This document shows positions 27,426 through 36,261 of a stretch of DNA of 64,000 nt, piece after piece. The notes beneath the pieces are model-generated. The model searched no databases. It had not been told where the DNA came from and saw nothing but the letters and a program-made list of their open reading frames with translations. The stretch is taken from positions 123,740-187,739 of the forward strand of contig CAZAOT010000002.1 in NCBI GenBank assembly GCA_964487045.1, in the 5' to 3' direction. Every line of letters starts with the position of its first letter. The first letter of the stretch is position 1. This DNA is from an uncultured Candidatus Saccharibacteria bacterium (GTDB lineage: Bacteria > Patescibacteriota > UBA1384 > DTJR01). A program made the position numbers and the translations under genes.

Positions 27426-28517
27426 TTAGTCAAATGTCAGCGATTTTCGACGTAAATAAATGCTCTGAACTAATGCTAGCATTGTAGATGCTACGATAAC
27501 TGAAGTTCCGCCATGAGAAAAAAGTGGGAGGGGAATTCCTGTTACTGGCATTAAACCAATATTCATGCCAATATTTACAATAACCTGAAATAAAAACATC
27601 CCAGCAACCATCATCGTAAATATATAGCCGAAACGATCGCGGGCAGTTTGAGCTATCGAAAATAGCCTGAAAATTAGAAAGCAATAAACAGTTACAAGTA
27701 TTGTTGATCCTATAAATCCAGTTGCCTCTGCCCAACCAGAAAATATAAAGTCCACATGAGCTACGGGCAAAAATTGAAGCTGACTTTGAGTAGCTCCAGA
27801 GAATCCCTTACCATAAAGGCCACCAGAGCCAACAGTAATTTTTGATTGGCTCACATTGTACCCTGACCCACGAGGATCTGCTTCAGGATTTAGAAAAGTA
27901 GTAATTCTAGTTTTTTGATAAGGCTTAAGATTCGTCCAAACTATTGGCGAGAGGGCAAGGGCAGCGGCAATAAATACTAAATATACTTTGTATGGTATCT
28001 TGATTGCTAAAAGACAAGTTAAAAATGAAGCTAGAACAACGAGCGTAGTTCCAAGGTCAGGTTCTTTTAAAATTAAAAAAACTGGAATAATAGTGAGCAA
28101 AATAAATGTAGCGAGTTTTTTCCATTCGAATTTCTGAATATCACTAAAAAATGATGCAGCAAAAATTGCATAAAGAATTTTCATCAATTCCGAAGGCTGA
28201 AATTGAAAAAATCCCAAACTTATCCACCTGGTTGAGCCAAAGATTGATTGGCCAAATACCTCAACAAGAATGAGCAAAAATATTCCCAAGAAATATCCAT
28301 ACCAAGCGATTTGTTTTAGTAGCCTATAGTCCATTGCGGAAATAAATATGTAGATTACGATCGATAGAGCAAAATAAATTATTTGATCGTATACTAATGA
28401 AAAACGTCCACTAATTGAAGTAATACTATAAAGGGTTGCAAGACTACCACATGCAAGAATAATTGGAAGCAATACTAGCCACCAGTCAAATAATAATTTA
28501 AGTTTTCTAGTCTTCAT
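27426..28517 (-). CDS. SEDS-family peptidoglycan glycosyltransferase (RodA/FtsW)
   Basis: About 10 TM helices and the SEDS signature region GSGYNVSQSKITVGSGGLYGKGF...LPVAHVDFIFS. Confidence 0.85.
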   Translation of the reverse strand: MKTRKLKLLFDWWLVLLPIILACGSLATLYSITSISGRFSLVYDQIIYFALSIVIYIFISAMDYRLLKQIAWYGYFLGIFLLILVEVFGQSIFGSTRWISLGFFQFQPSELMKILYAIFAASFFSDIQKFEWKKLATFILLTIIPVFLILKEPDLGTTLVVLASFLTCLLAIKIPYKVYLVFIAAALALSPIVWTNLKPYQKTRITTFLNPEADPRGSGYNVSQSKITVGSGGLYGKGFSGATQSQLQFLPVAHVDFIFSGWAEATGFIGSTILVTVYCFLIFRLFSIAQTARDRFGYIFTMMVAGMFLFQVIVNIGMNIGLMPVTGIPLPLFSHGGTSVIVASTMLALVQSIYLRRKSLTFD

Positions 28518-31468
28518 TGGGCGATATTAAAGTAGAGCACTCCTTTTGATATTTCAAGTTGTGCCTCCCCTTTTTCGCCGAGAGTTAAATTTTCTAAATT
28601 GGTTGCTTGTTTGATCTGTTCAAGATTAGATCCTACAAACTTGGTCGCCGCTTCGTCACCCGCGTAAATCATTTCTATTTTTGCATTTGGCTTTAGCCCC
28701 GATTTTTTACGTAAATCTTGAATCAGCCTTGTCACTTCCCTTAGATCACCAAGACCCTGCAAGCGATCATCAATCATAGTTTCAATTGTAACTTTTATGT
28801 CTCTATTCTGAGCTGACTCTGGCTTTTCAATGTTGGATTCTGATAATACACTTTTTTCTATATTCAGTTCAGCAAGAATGATTTGGGAAATTTGATCTGA
28901 AAAATTTCCAAAATCCTGATTATAATAAATCTTCGATAGAGGCTGACGGACTTTAAGTGAACTTTTCTGCCTCAGACTATGGCCCATTTCAACTATATCG
29001 CGAGCCTTTTGAGTTGCTAACTCTACGTCGGCGTTAATAAACTGCTCATTGACTTTTGGCCAACTCGCAAGATGGACACTATCTTCGTCGGCTGCAGTTT
29101 TGATTTCTTGCCAAATAGCTTCAGCAATAAAAGGAGTAAGTGGAGCAATTATCAGAGAAACTTTTCGAAGAATGTAAATCAAAACTGCCATGGCAGTCTC
29201 ACGATCGTTTGCAGACTCACTTCTGAATCTTTCCCTACTTCTTCTTACCCACCATAGCGATATGTCATCAATTAGCGATCTGATTTCCCTTGCAACCTTG
29301 ACTGTGGAGTATTCCTTGTAATATTTTTCAACTGACTTATTTGAATTTTCTACTCTTGAAAGAATGTATTCATCGATCAATTCGAGCTTAGCTTCTTCAA
29401 TACTTATAGGACTTATCTCATCTTTATAAATCTGATAAAAACTAAGCACATTATATAAAGTGTTAATTACTTTATTATAAATTTCTCGAAGATCTTTTTC
29501 GTTGAAGAAAAGATTATCTGCTTGCATAACAACCGAGCCCATTAAATAAAATCTAAGAGCATCAGATCCATATTGGTCTATAACCTCCCAAGGATCAGGA
29601 TAATTCTTCTTACTCTTAGAGAGCTTCTCTCCTTTGTCTGACAAAATAGTTCCTGTGGCTACTACATTTTGATATGAAACATCATCAAAAAGTAAAGTTG
29701 AGATAACATGCATATAGTAAAACCACGCTCGTGTCTGTGCTATGTACTCTCCTATAAACTGGGCTGGGTACCTAGATTCAAACTTGTCCTTGTTCTGAAA
29801 TGGATAATGCCACTCGGCAAAAGGCATCGAACCAGACTCAACCCAGCAGTCTATAACCTCTGGAATTCGATGCATATCTGAAGAACATTTAGGACAATTC
29901 AAAATTACTTCATCTATATATGGCCTATGCAAATCGATTTTAGATACATCGTCTGTGTCATATACTTGTGAAAAATTCTTGGCATTCTCCTTAAGTTCAG
30001 CTACCGATCCAACACATAAGACTTCCAAGCAGTCCTTGTTATCACACTTAAAAAAAGGAAGAGCAGTTGCCCAATATCTATTTCTGGAGATATTCCAGTC
30101 AGGAGCTGTTTCTAAAATATTTAAGAACCTTCCTTCTTTGAGATATTCGGGATACCAATTAATTTTGCCGTTTAATTCAATTAGTCTATTCTTAATCTTT
30201 TGGATATTTATAAACCAAGCGGAGATAGCATTGTAAATCAGTGGGCTCTCGCATCGCCAACAATGTGGGTAAGAATGCTTATAAGGCATTACTTCAAAAA
30301 CCAAGCCACGTTTTGATAGGTCTTCGAGAATGACTTCTTCTGCATCCTTAATAAACTTACCTTTTAAAAACTCCGGCGCTTCTAGGTTGTAGTGCCCCGA
30401 AGAATCAAGAAGTGGAACCTGCGGCAAATCCAGCTCCATACCAAGCGCGAAGTCATCTTCCCCATAAATTACAGCTGTATGAACAACGCCGGTACCATCC
30501 TCGGTTGTGACAAAGTCTGCCGATGCCACATACCAAGCTTTGTTTCCAGAATTTTTGACTGCTTCAATTTCATAAAGTGGTTCATACTCTAGGCCCTCGA
30601 GATCACTTCCTTTAATTCTTGAGTGAACAATTTCAGTTTCCTTATCCTTAAAATTTTTCTCAATTAGCTCTGATGCCGAAATGAGTAGCCCCTCTTCTCC
30701 TTTTATCCTCAGTGCAGTGTATTCAATATTTTTTCCAACTGCTAGTGCGACATTACCTGGCAATGTCCAAGGAGTTGTCGTCCAAGCTAAGATATAAGCG
30801 CTATCTCCTGTCGTATAATTTCCAAATTTCTGCCCAGATTTTAATTTAAATTTCGCTATAACAGATTTTTCGGTAACATCTCTATAGCTATTGTCCATTT
30901 GAATCTCAGCATTTGATACAGGGGTTTCGCATCTTGGGCAATACATCAATACTTTCCTGCCTTCGTATATCAATCCTTTGTCCCAGGCTGACTTCAAAGC
31001 CCACCAGACACTTTCCATATAGGCCCCGTCCATTGTTTTGTATGAATCTTCAAACTCTACCCAGCGACCAATTCGATCAACCATTTCTTGCCACTTTGAA
31101 GCGTAACCTAGAACCATCGATCTAGCTGTTTCGTTAAAAACCTTAACGCCTTTTTCTTCAATTTGTTTTTTACCTGAAATGCCGAGTTCTTTCTCGACTA
31201 GAGTTTCTATTGGCAATCCATGACAATCCCAGCCCCATCGCCTACGAACGCGCTTGCCTTGCATAGTCCAGAAACGGGGGAAAAGATCCTTGGTAACTGA
31301 AGATAAAATATGACCATAATGTGGAAGACCAGTCGCAAAAGGAGGACCATCGTAAAAAACATAAGGGGCGTTCTCATCTCGCTCTTCAATAGATCTAGAA
31401 AAAATGTTGTTTTTCTTCCAAAAATCTACGATCCCCTCTTCTTTTAGCGCGTACTTATTTTTTTCCAT
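28514..31468 (-). CDS. ileS: isoleucine--tRNA ligase
   Basis: HIGH motif (PPFATGLPHYGHIL), KMSKS (KLSKSKKN), CP1 editing region; 984 aa. Confidence 0.95.
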   Translation of the reverse strand: MEKNKYALKEEGIVDFWKKNNIFSRSIEERDENAPYVFYDGPPFATGLPHYGHILSSVTKDLFPRFWTMQGKRVRRRWGWDCHGLPIETLVEKELGISGKKQIEEKGVKVFNETARSMVLGYASKWQEMVDRIGRWVEFEDSYKTMDGAYMESVWWALKSAWDKGLIYEGRKVLMYCPRCETPVSNAEIQMDNSYRDVTEKSVIAKFKLKSGQKFGNYTTGDSAYILAWTTTPWTLPGNVALAVGKNIEYTALRIKGEEGLLISASELIEKNFKDKETEIVHSRIKGSDLEGLEYEPLYEIEAVKNSGNKAWYVASADFVTTEDGTGVVHTAVIYGEDDFALGMELDLPQVPLLDSSGHYNLEAPEFLKGKFIKDAEEVILEDLSKRGLVFEVMPYKHSYPHCWRCESPLIYNAISAWFINIQKIKNRLIELNGKINWYPEYLKEGRFLNILETAPDWNISRNRYWATALPFFKCDNKDCLEVLCVGSVAELKENAKNFSQVYDTDDVSKIDLHRPYIDEVILNCPKCSSDMHRIPEVIDCWVESGSMPFAEWHYPFQNKDKFESRYPAQFIGEYIAQTRAWFYYMHVISTLLFDDVSYQNVVATGTILSDKGEKLSKSKKNYPDPWEVIDQYGSDALRFYLMGSVVMQADNLFFNEKDLREIYNKVINTLYNVLSFYQIYKDEISPISIEEAKLELIDEYILSRVENSNKSVEKYYKEYSTVKVAREIRSLIDDISLWWVRRSRERFRSESANDRETAMAVLIYILRKVSLIIAPLTPFIAEAIWQEIKTAADEDSVHLASWPKVNEQFINADVELATQKARDIVEMGHSLRQKSSLKVRQPLSKIYYNQDFGNFSDQISQIILAELNIEKSVLSESNIEKPESAQNRDIKVTIETMIDDRLQGLGDLREVTRLIQDLRKKSGLKPNAKIEMIYAGDEAATKFVGSNLEQIKQATNLENLTLGEKGEAQLEISKGVLYFNIAQ

Positions 31469-31667
31469 TATTTATAAAATGAATTTATCTCAATTAATCG
31501 GTCCAGTTAGCTTCCTTTCTGCAAAACCGACTACGTCGCGTTATTGCAGAAGCGTCACCTACTGGACGCACCTGTCTTCACTCGCTGGCGAAGCCAGCTC
31601 CTTCAACATGTGGCAGGCCCTAGAGGAGTCGTCCCTCACCCTTATCGCTTTATTTTATAATTCAATT

Positions 31668-31746
31668 TGGCAGGAGAGGCGGGACTCGAACCCACAACCG
31701 CTGGTTTTGGAGACCAGTGCTCTACCAATTAAGCTACTCTCCTATC
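31668..31746 (-). tRNA. tRNA-Trp(CCA), CCA encoded
   Basis: Reverse complement GATAGGAGAGTAGCTTAATTGGTAGAGCACTGGTCTCCAAAACCAG...GGTTCGAGTCCCGCCTCTCCTGCCA; cloverleaf with anticodon loop CTCCAAA. Confidence 0.85.
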
Positions 31747-31840
31747 TTGATTAATATAACACGTAAGGGTGAGGGATTGGAGACCACCATTATACCGTTT
31801 AACCAAGGGCCTAAACCCGCTCGATGAGCGGAATTTTAAG

Positions 31841-32008
31841 TTACTTCGATTCTTTGTGCTGCGTATGTTCTTTACACTTTTGGCAGAATTTCTTCAAATC
31901 AAGTTTTGTTATTGGCTGCACGTTGAGTCTACTAGTGACGTAGTTTCTTCTGCCACACTTCGTACATTCCAATACTAGATTACTTAATCTTGTACCTTTT
32001 TTAGCCAT
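31841..32008 (-). CDS. rpmG: 50S ribosomal protein L33
   Basis: Manual translation MAKKGTRLSNLVLECTKCGRRNYVTSRLNVQPITKLDLKKFCQKCKEHTQHKESK; 55 aa, below the ORF-track cutoff. Shows the L33 zinc ribbon CxxC...CxxC. Confidence 0.85.
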   Translation of the reverse strand: MAKKGTRLSNLVLECTKCGRRNYVTSRLNVQPITKLDLKKFCQKCKEHTQHKESK

Positions 32009-32009
32009 T

Positions 32010-32228
32010 TTATTTATGTCCTTTCATAACTTTAACAACAATTAACAAGAATCCAATAATAAAAAATATTCCTCCGATAATAGCAACCGTGACTGAAGAT
32101 GATATCCTTGAGACTTCAACGGTATCGGCTTGAGCTAAAAAGTTTGGATTTACAGATTGAGTCAAACTAACTAGCCCTATAAGCAGAAGTATCGCTCCGG
32201 TTGTGTACGATAGTAATATTTTTTTCAT
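32010..32228 (-). CDS. small two-TM membrane protein (hypothetical)
   Basis: MKKILLSYTTGAILLLIGLV...IIGGIFFIIGFLLIVV. The start is chosen at MKK so the gene does not overlap tRNA-Thr. Confidence 0.4.
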   Translation of the reverse strand: MKKILLSYTTGAILLLIGLVSLTQSVNPNFLAQADTVEVSRISSSVTVAIIGGIFFIIGFLLIVVKVMKGHK

Positions 32229-32254
32229 TTTTCTCTTTTCATTAAATGAGCAAA

Positions 32255-32330
32255 TGGAGCCCACGAGCAGATTTGAACTGCTGACCTACTCCTTACCATG
32301 GAGTTGCTCTACCACTGAGCTACGTGGGCT
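32255..32330 (-). tRNA. tRNA-Thr(GGT)
   Basis: Reverse complement AGCCCACGTAGCTCAGTGGTAGAGCAACTCCATGGTAAGGAGT...GGTTCAAATCTGCTCGTGGGCTCCA. Confidence 0.85.
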
Positions 32331-32444
32331 TGATAAGTCCAACTTCGGCAAGCCTACGCTGGACAAACTTCCAAACAACCTCGCTACTCTACATTTCTTT
32401 ACTCATTAATGGCTCGCCAAGCGAAGCTCTTTTGGAGCGAAGTT

Positions 32445-32533
32445 TGGTGCCGGGTGAAGGATTCGAACCTCCGTAGCCGCAAGGGCGTCAGATTTACAGT
32501 CTGATGCAATTGACCGCTCTGCCAACCCGGCAC
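32445..32533 (-). tRNA. tRNA-Tyr(GTA), type II with long variable arm
   Basis: Reverse complement GTGCCGGGTTGGCAGAGCGGTCAATTGCATCAGACTGTAAATCTGACGCCCTTGCGGCTACGGAGGTTCGAATCCTTCACCCGGCACCA. Confidence 0.85.
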
Positions 32534-32546
32534 ATAGCAATATTTT

Positions 32547-32567
32547 TGGAGCCAGCGAAGGGATTTG
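32547..32567 (-). repeat. 21-nt exact duplicate of the 3' end of tRNA-Thr(TGT), flanking a GC-rich 123-bp spacer
   Basis: TGGAGCCAGCGAAGGGATTTG occurs at 32547-32567 and again as the tRNA 3' end at 32692-32712. Confidence 0.6.
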
Positions 32568-32691
32568 GTCACCGATCAAAATCTGCTGATTTTGTCGTCG
32601 ACCCCGACTCGCGCCCGTCGGCGCTCCGTCATTCAAGTCCCTTAGTCTCCAAATCTTTGTTCGCTCGGGCTACGCCCGAATCGAACGAATC

Positions 32692-32766
32692 TGGAGCCAG
32701 CGAAGGGATTTGAACCCCCGACCTTCACTTTACAAAAGTGTTGCTCTACCACTGAGCTACGCTGGC
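32692..32766 (-). tRNA. tRNA-Thr(TGT)
   Basis: Reverse complement GCCAGCGTAGCTCAGTGGTAGAGCAACACTTTTGTAAAGTG...GGTTCAAATCCCTTCGCTGGCTCCA. Confidence 0.85.
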
Positions 32767-32946
32767 AAACACAGATTAACAGAGCCTTGCCCCGCATAAT
32801 CCGCTCTGAGTCAGAATAGAATGTAATTCATTTGACCAGAAGGATTTATGTGGGATATATCGGCATTGAAAATGACATCGAACCCAAATAGTCAGATGAC
32901 TATGATGATAGTACCAGAAATTCTTCCTTGACTCAAGACTAGAGAA

Positions 32947-33468
32947 CTAAAAAGGTTTAACTCTTAATTGATCAAGCCATTTCTTATATTTTTTGTTTTT
33001 AGGGTCGAGTCTTAAAGCTTTTCTGGCATTTATAATCGCTTCTTTCTTATTCCCCTCAGAATTATAAGCATAGGAAAGATTAAAATTATTAGCAGCACTA
33101 TTCGGATTTAGCCTAATTGCTTCATTTAAGGAATCGATCGCATCTTGAAAGTTTTTTTGATCAAGATAAATGACCGCAAGTCGGGAAAAGATCGTACTAT
33201 TTTTCGGATTCTTCTTTACCGCCTCGATATACCATTTTTCAGCTGAAATATACTGCTTTTTCTTAAAGAGCTCCTCTGCTTTACTGAAATTTTCTTCTTC
33301 TTGCTCGAATGGATTTATCTCTCTCGGGCTTTCATCAAGTGAAGGCATTGATTCTGTCTGGATCTGCTTTTTAAGTTCAACGTTATTTTCAATTAAATAT
33401 GCTCTTCTATAAATAATTACAAAACCCACTACCAGAAGTCCTAAGATTATTGCGGGATAAATGATCAT
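32947..33468 (-). CDS. TPR-repeat protein with N-terminal TM anchor
   Basis: TM helix, then three TPR-like repeats (AEKWYIEAVKKNPKN..., AIDSLNEAIRLNPNS..., AIINARKALRLDPKN). Confidence 0.7.
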   Translation of the reverse strand: MIIYPAIILGLLVVGFVIIYRRAYLIENNVELKKQIQTESMPSLDESPREINPFEQEEENFSKAEELFKKKQYISAEKWYIEAVKKNPKNSTIFSRLAVIYLDQKNFQDAIDSLNEAIRLNPNSAANNFNLSYAYNSEGNKKEAIINARKALRLDPKNKKYKKWLDQLRVKPF

Positions 33469-34118
33469 GTTTTATTAAAAAGATATATCTCTTCAGCTAA
33501 TAATTTAAAATTTACGTTCGTGCTGCTAATCTTACTAAGAGCCGAAACCATTAATTTATATATTTCTAAATCTTTCTTATTTAACAGGTTTTCTCTACTT
33601 TCTTCAATACCCTGTAAAAGCAACTTTGTAAAGCTTGGCCGATCCATTTTGGAGACAACTGAGGAGAATTCAAAAAAAGAGCCACTAAGTAACCTGGAAA
33701 ATATAAGTTCACTTTCGTGAACTTTATTGCTTTCCGGTAGAACATATTTTTTCGCTCTAGAACGAATAGTTGGAGTCACCATCGACAAATTTTTGGCAAA
33801 TAGAATGATTTTTAGATATTGCGGTGGCTCTTCAATCAATTTTAGAAGAGTATTAGCCTGTTCAATACTCAAATTATCACTTTCCAATATATAAAATAAT
33901 TTAACTTCAGAAGAAAGAGGCTTGGAATATAAATCCGCCACCTTCGTCCTTAGTATCTCAATTCCCTCACTACTATCGAAACTAACAACTGACTCAGCCG
34001 GCAATTTCAATATTGATAGAATATTATCCAATACGAGCTCAAACGACTGGCAGATAACGAGAACTGGCTGACTACTTGAAATTATGTCTTTGATCAAGAT
34101 TGGTTCTTTTGCTATCAT
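33465..34118 (-). CDS. DNA polymerase III delta'-like clamp-loader subunit (HolB-like) lacking an N-terminal P-loop
   Basis: ANTLLKLIEEPP and TIRSRA (sensor-2-like) motifs; 217 aa. Confidence 0.55.
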   Translation of the reverse strand: MIAKEPILIKDIISSSQPVLVICQSFELVLDNILSILKLPAESVVSFDSSEGIEILRTKVADLYSKPLSSEVKLFYILESDNLSIEQANTLLKLIEEPPQYLKIILFAKNLSMVTPTIRSRAKKYVLPESNKVHESELIFSRLLSGSFFEFSSVVSKMDRPSFTKLLLQGIEESRENLLNKKDLEIYKLMVSALSKISSTNVNFKLLAEEIYLFNKT

Positions 34119-34148
34119 AGGACTAAATATATTATAAGAAGGTATAAG

Positions 34149-34463
34149 ATGGAAGAGGCAGAATTAATAGACCGCAATCTAACCTGCAAGACTTGCCAAA
34201 AAGACTTTGCTTGGTCTAAACAAGAGCAGAAATACTATGCCAAGAAAGGTTTCAAGAAACAACCCCAAAAATGTACCGCCTGCCGAGATAAAGCAAATAA
34301 GCTTAGGGGCGAGAATATGTTTTATATTCATTGCGGAATATGTGAAAAGGATGCAGTGATGATTGCGCCACCACCAAAAGACAGGGTAGCAATTTGTTCA
34401 AACTGCTACCAATCTTTTGTAGATCAGGCCAAAAAAGAGAAAACAGCTGAAGCAATCGCTTAA
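34149..34463 (+). CDS. zinc-ribbon protein (hypothetical)
   Basis: Four CxxC pairs: CKTCQ, CTACR, CGICE, CSNCY. Confidence 0.45.
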   Translation: MEEAELIDRNLTCKTCQKDFAWSKQEQKYYAKKGFKKQPQKCTACRDKANKLRGENMFYIHCGICEKDAVMIAPPPKDRVAICSNCYQSFVDQAKKEKTAEAIA

Positions 34464-34663
34464 GCGCTGATCGAGACTTTTTTCTTCTTGAGAGTTCTGA
34501 AGCAATTTTGACAAAAAAACAGGCCAGATTTCTTTTGCAAATTAGGCTTAACAACCCTTTTTGTTTTATGCAAAGAATGCGGTCTGTTGAGGCTCATAGT
34601 ATCGCCTTTGCCGCATAGATAACAGAATTTTCCTGAAATGTGTTTGGTTTCTACTTTTGACAT
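34460..34663 (-). CDS. rpmB: 50S ribosomal protein L28
   Basis: CYLCGKGDTMSLNRPHSLHKTKRVVKPNLQKK matches the L28 pattern (C.vTGK....GnnvSHa.nKTKRr..PNLq). Confidence 0.75.
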   Translation of the reverse strand: MSKVETKHISGKFCYLCGKGDTMSLNRPHSLHKTKRVVKPNLQKKSGLFFCQNCFRTLKKKKVSISA

Positions 34664-34737
34664 CTGAAATACTCTTTATTAAACTTAATACGTTTGAAAT
34701 AATATCAAAATAAATCAGAAAGATCAAGTAAAAAAAT

Positions 34738-35355
34738 ATGGATTTCGAATATAGCTCATTTATCATTCTATCGTTTATCGCCTTCTTGTTTTCGCTTTCG
34801 ATTCATGAAGCAGCTCATTCCTTTATCGCCAATAAGCTGGGTGACCCAACCAGCAAGTATGACGGCCGACTTAGTCTAAACCCACTCTCACATATAGATA
34901 TTTATGGGACCATCATCGTCCCAATGATTTTAATAATTTCACAAGTACCAGCATTCGGTTGGGCTAAACCAGTAATGGTAGATATAAGAAACTTTAAAAA
35001 CCCCCCAAGAGATAATTTCTTCACCGCCTTAGCCGGTCCCCTTGCCAATCTCGCCTTTGCGCTAATTCTTTATATTATTATCAGGATTGTCGGAATTGAT
35101 TTATTGCGAGACAGTTTTTTCGGAATTATGCTTATATATTTTTCGAAAATAAATATTGTTCTTGCTATCTTCAACCTAACCCCAATACCTCCGTTCGATG
35201 GAGGCAAAATCTGGCACCTTCTTCTAGGGACCGATCGCTATCTCACCCTAGAATCAATGAGCTATTACTTCCTGATAATATTGTTTATTCTTTATTTCTT
35301 CTTTAGCATTAATATCTTCTTTTTGAGCGACCTATTAATAAAGACAATCTTTTAA
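34738..35355 (+). CDS. site-2 protease family (M50) membrane metalloprotease
   Basis: HEAAHSF (HExxH) in TM1 and the LNLTPIPPFDGGKI motif (NxxPxPxLDGG). Confidence 0.75.
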   Translation: MDFEYSSFIILSFIAFLFSLSIHEAAHSFIANKLGDPTSKYDGRLSLNPLSHIDIYGTIIVPMILIISQVPAFGWAKPVMVDIRNFKNPPRDNFFTALAGPLANLAFALILYIIIRIVGIDLLRDSFFGIMLIYFSKINIVLAIFNLTPIPPFDGGKIWHLLLGTDRYLTLESMSYYFLIILFILYFFFSINIFFLSDLLIKTIF

Positions 35356-35712
35356 TTTGTGATAGACTGAAGCTGTCCCCTATGAAAATGATGCATAATT
35401 GTTTCAACAATTTGATATATGGGAGGGCAAATCTACTTGGTCCGTGGACCAAGTATGAGCCCACCCACCTCGTTTAAGAGGAACAAATCATCATCACCCA
35501 TAGGGGATTTTAAATATGGATAAAAATAATTTAAATAAATTTAGACAGGTAGGAAAAATATTTTCAAGTGTATCGACAATCGCTCAAAACCAACGAAATC
35601 CTGGATATTTTACAACTTTCTTTTTATTCTATGGCTCTGGTGGGTAAAAATTTCAAAACGAGACTTTTCAGAATCAGCAAAACAAGCAGACGTAATACTG
35701 AGAAAATTCGAT

Positions 35713-36186
35713 TTGTCAGGTAACTTAATTGATATTGCGGGAGGATCGGGGTGGATGAGTAAATATTGGAAACCGCTGTCACCCACAGACTACTACACAA
35801 TTGCTGACCCGTTATTTAGAAAAGATTTGGAATCAAGGCAAGCATACAAAGATGGAAGATTATTATTTTATGAGTGTTTTGCAGAAGATTTACCTTTCAA
35901 GGCTGGGCAATATGATACAGCGATAATCGCTGCTTCAATCGACCATTTGAGCGACCCCCTAAAAGCCGTCAAAGAAACCTCTAGAGTATTAAAACGAGAT
36001 GGCCATCTACTGATAGTCCAAAAAATCTGTGAAGATAAGATATCTTACACAATTGGACACGCAAAAACATACGATTTAGAACAAATAAAAGAATTGACCA
36101 AAGGTCACTTCAAAATCAAAAATGTAATCCTTTCACAAGATAAAAAAGTAGTGTATATTTGGGCAGTTAATAGAAGCGGGGCGTAG
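35713..36186 (+). CDS. class I SAM-dependent methyltransferase, apparently N-terminally truncated or frameshifted
   Basis: Motif I LIDIAGGSG sits at residue 6; TTG start; the same frame is open upstream to 35545 with no canonical start; an ATG ORF in a different frame begins at 35517. Confidence 0.55.
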   Translation: MSGNLIDIAGGSGWMSKYWKPLSPTDYYTIADPLFRKDLESRQAYKDGRLLFYECFAEDLPFKAGQYDTAIIAASIDHLSDPLKAVKETSRVLKRDGHLLIVQKICEDKISYTIGHAKTYDLEQIKELTKGHFKIKNVILSQDKKVVYIWAVNRSGA

Positions 36187-36252
36187 CACAGTTGGTAGTG
36201 CGCAGGGCTGGGGGTCCTGAGGTCGCGAGTTCGAGTCTCGCCGCTCCGACCA
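36177..36252 (+). tRNA. tRNA-Pro(GGG), CCA encoded
   Basis: CGGGGCGTAGCACAGTTGGTAGTGCGCAGGGCTGGGGGTCCTGAGGTCGCGAGTTCGAGTCTCGCCGCTCCGACCA. Confidence 0.85.
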
Positions 36253-36261
36253 AAATATTCA

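Noticed and set aside
31469-31667. T-box riboswitch upstream of ileS
   Set aside because: The conserved T-box sequence and specifier/antiterminator architecture were not found on the minus strand.
31404-31978. Plus-strand ORFs 31404..31754 and 31769..31978
   Set aside because: They run antisense through tRNA-Trp and rpmG, respectively.
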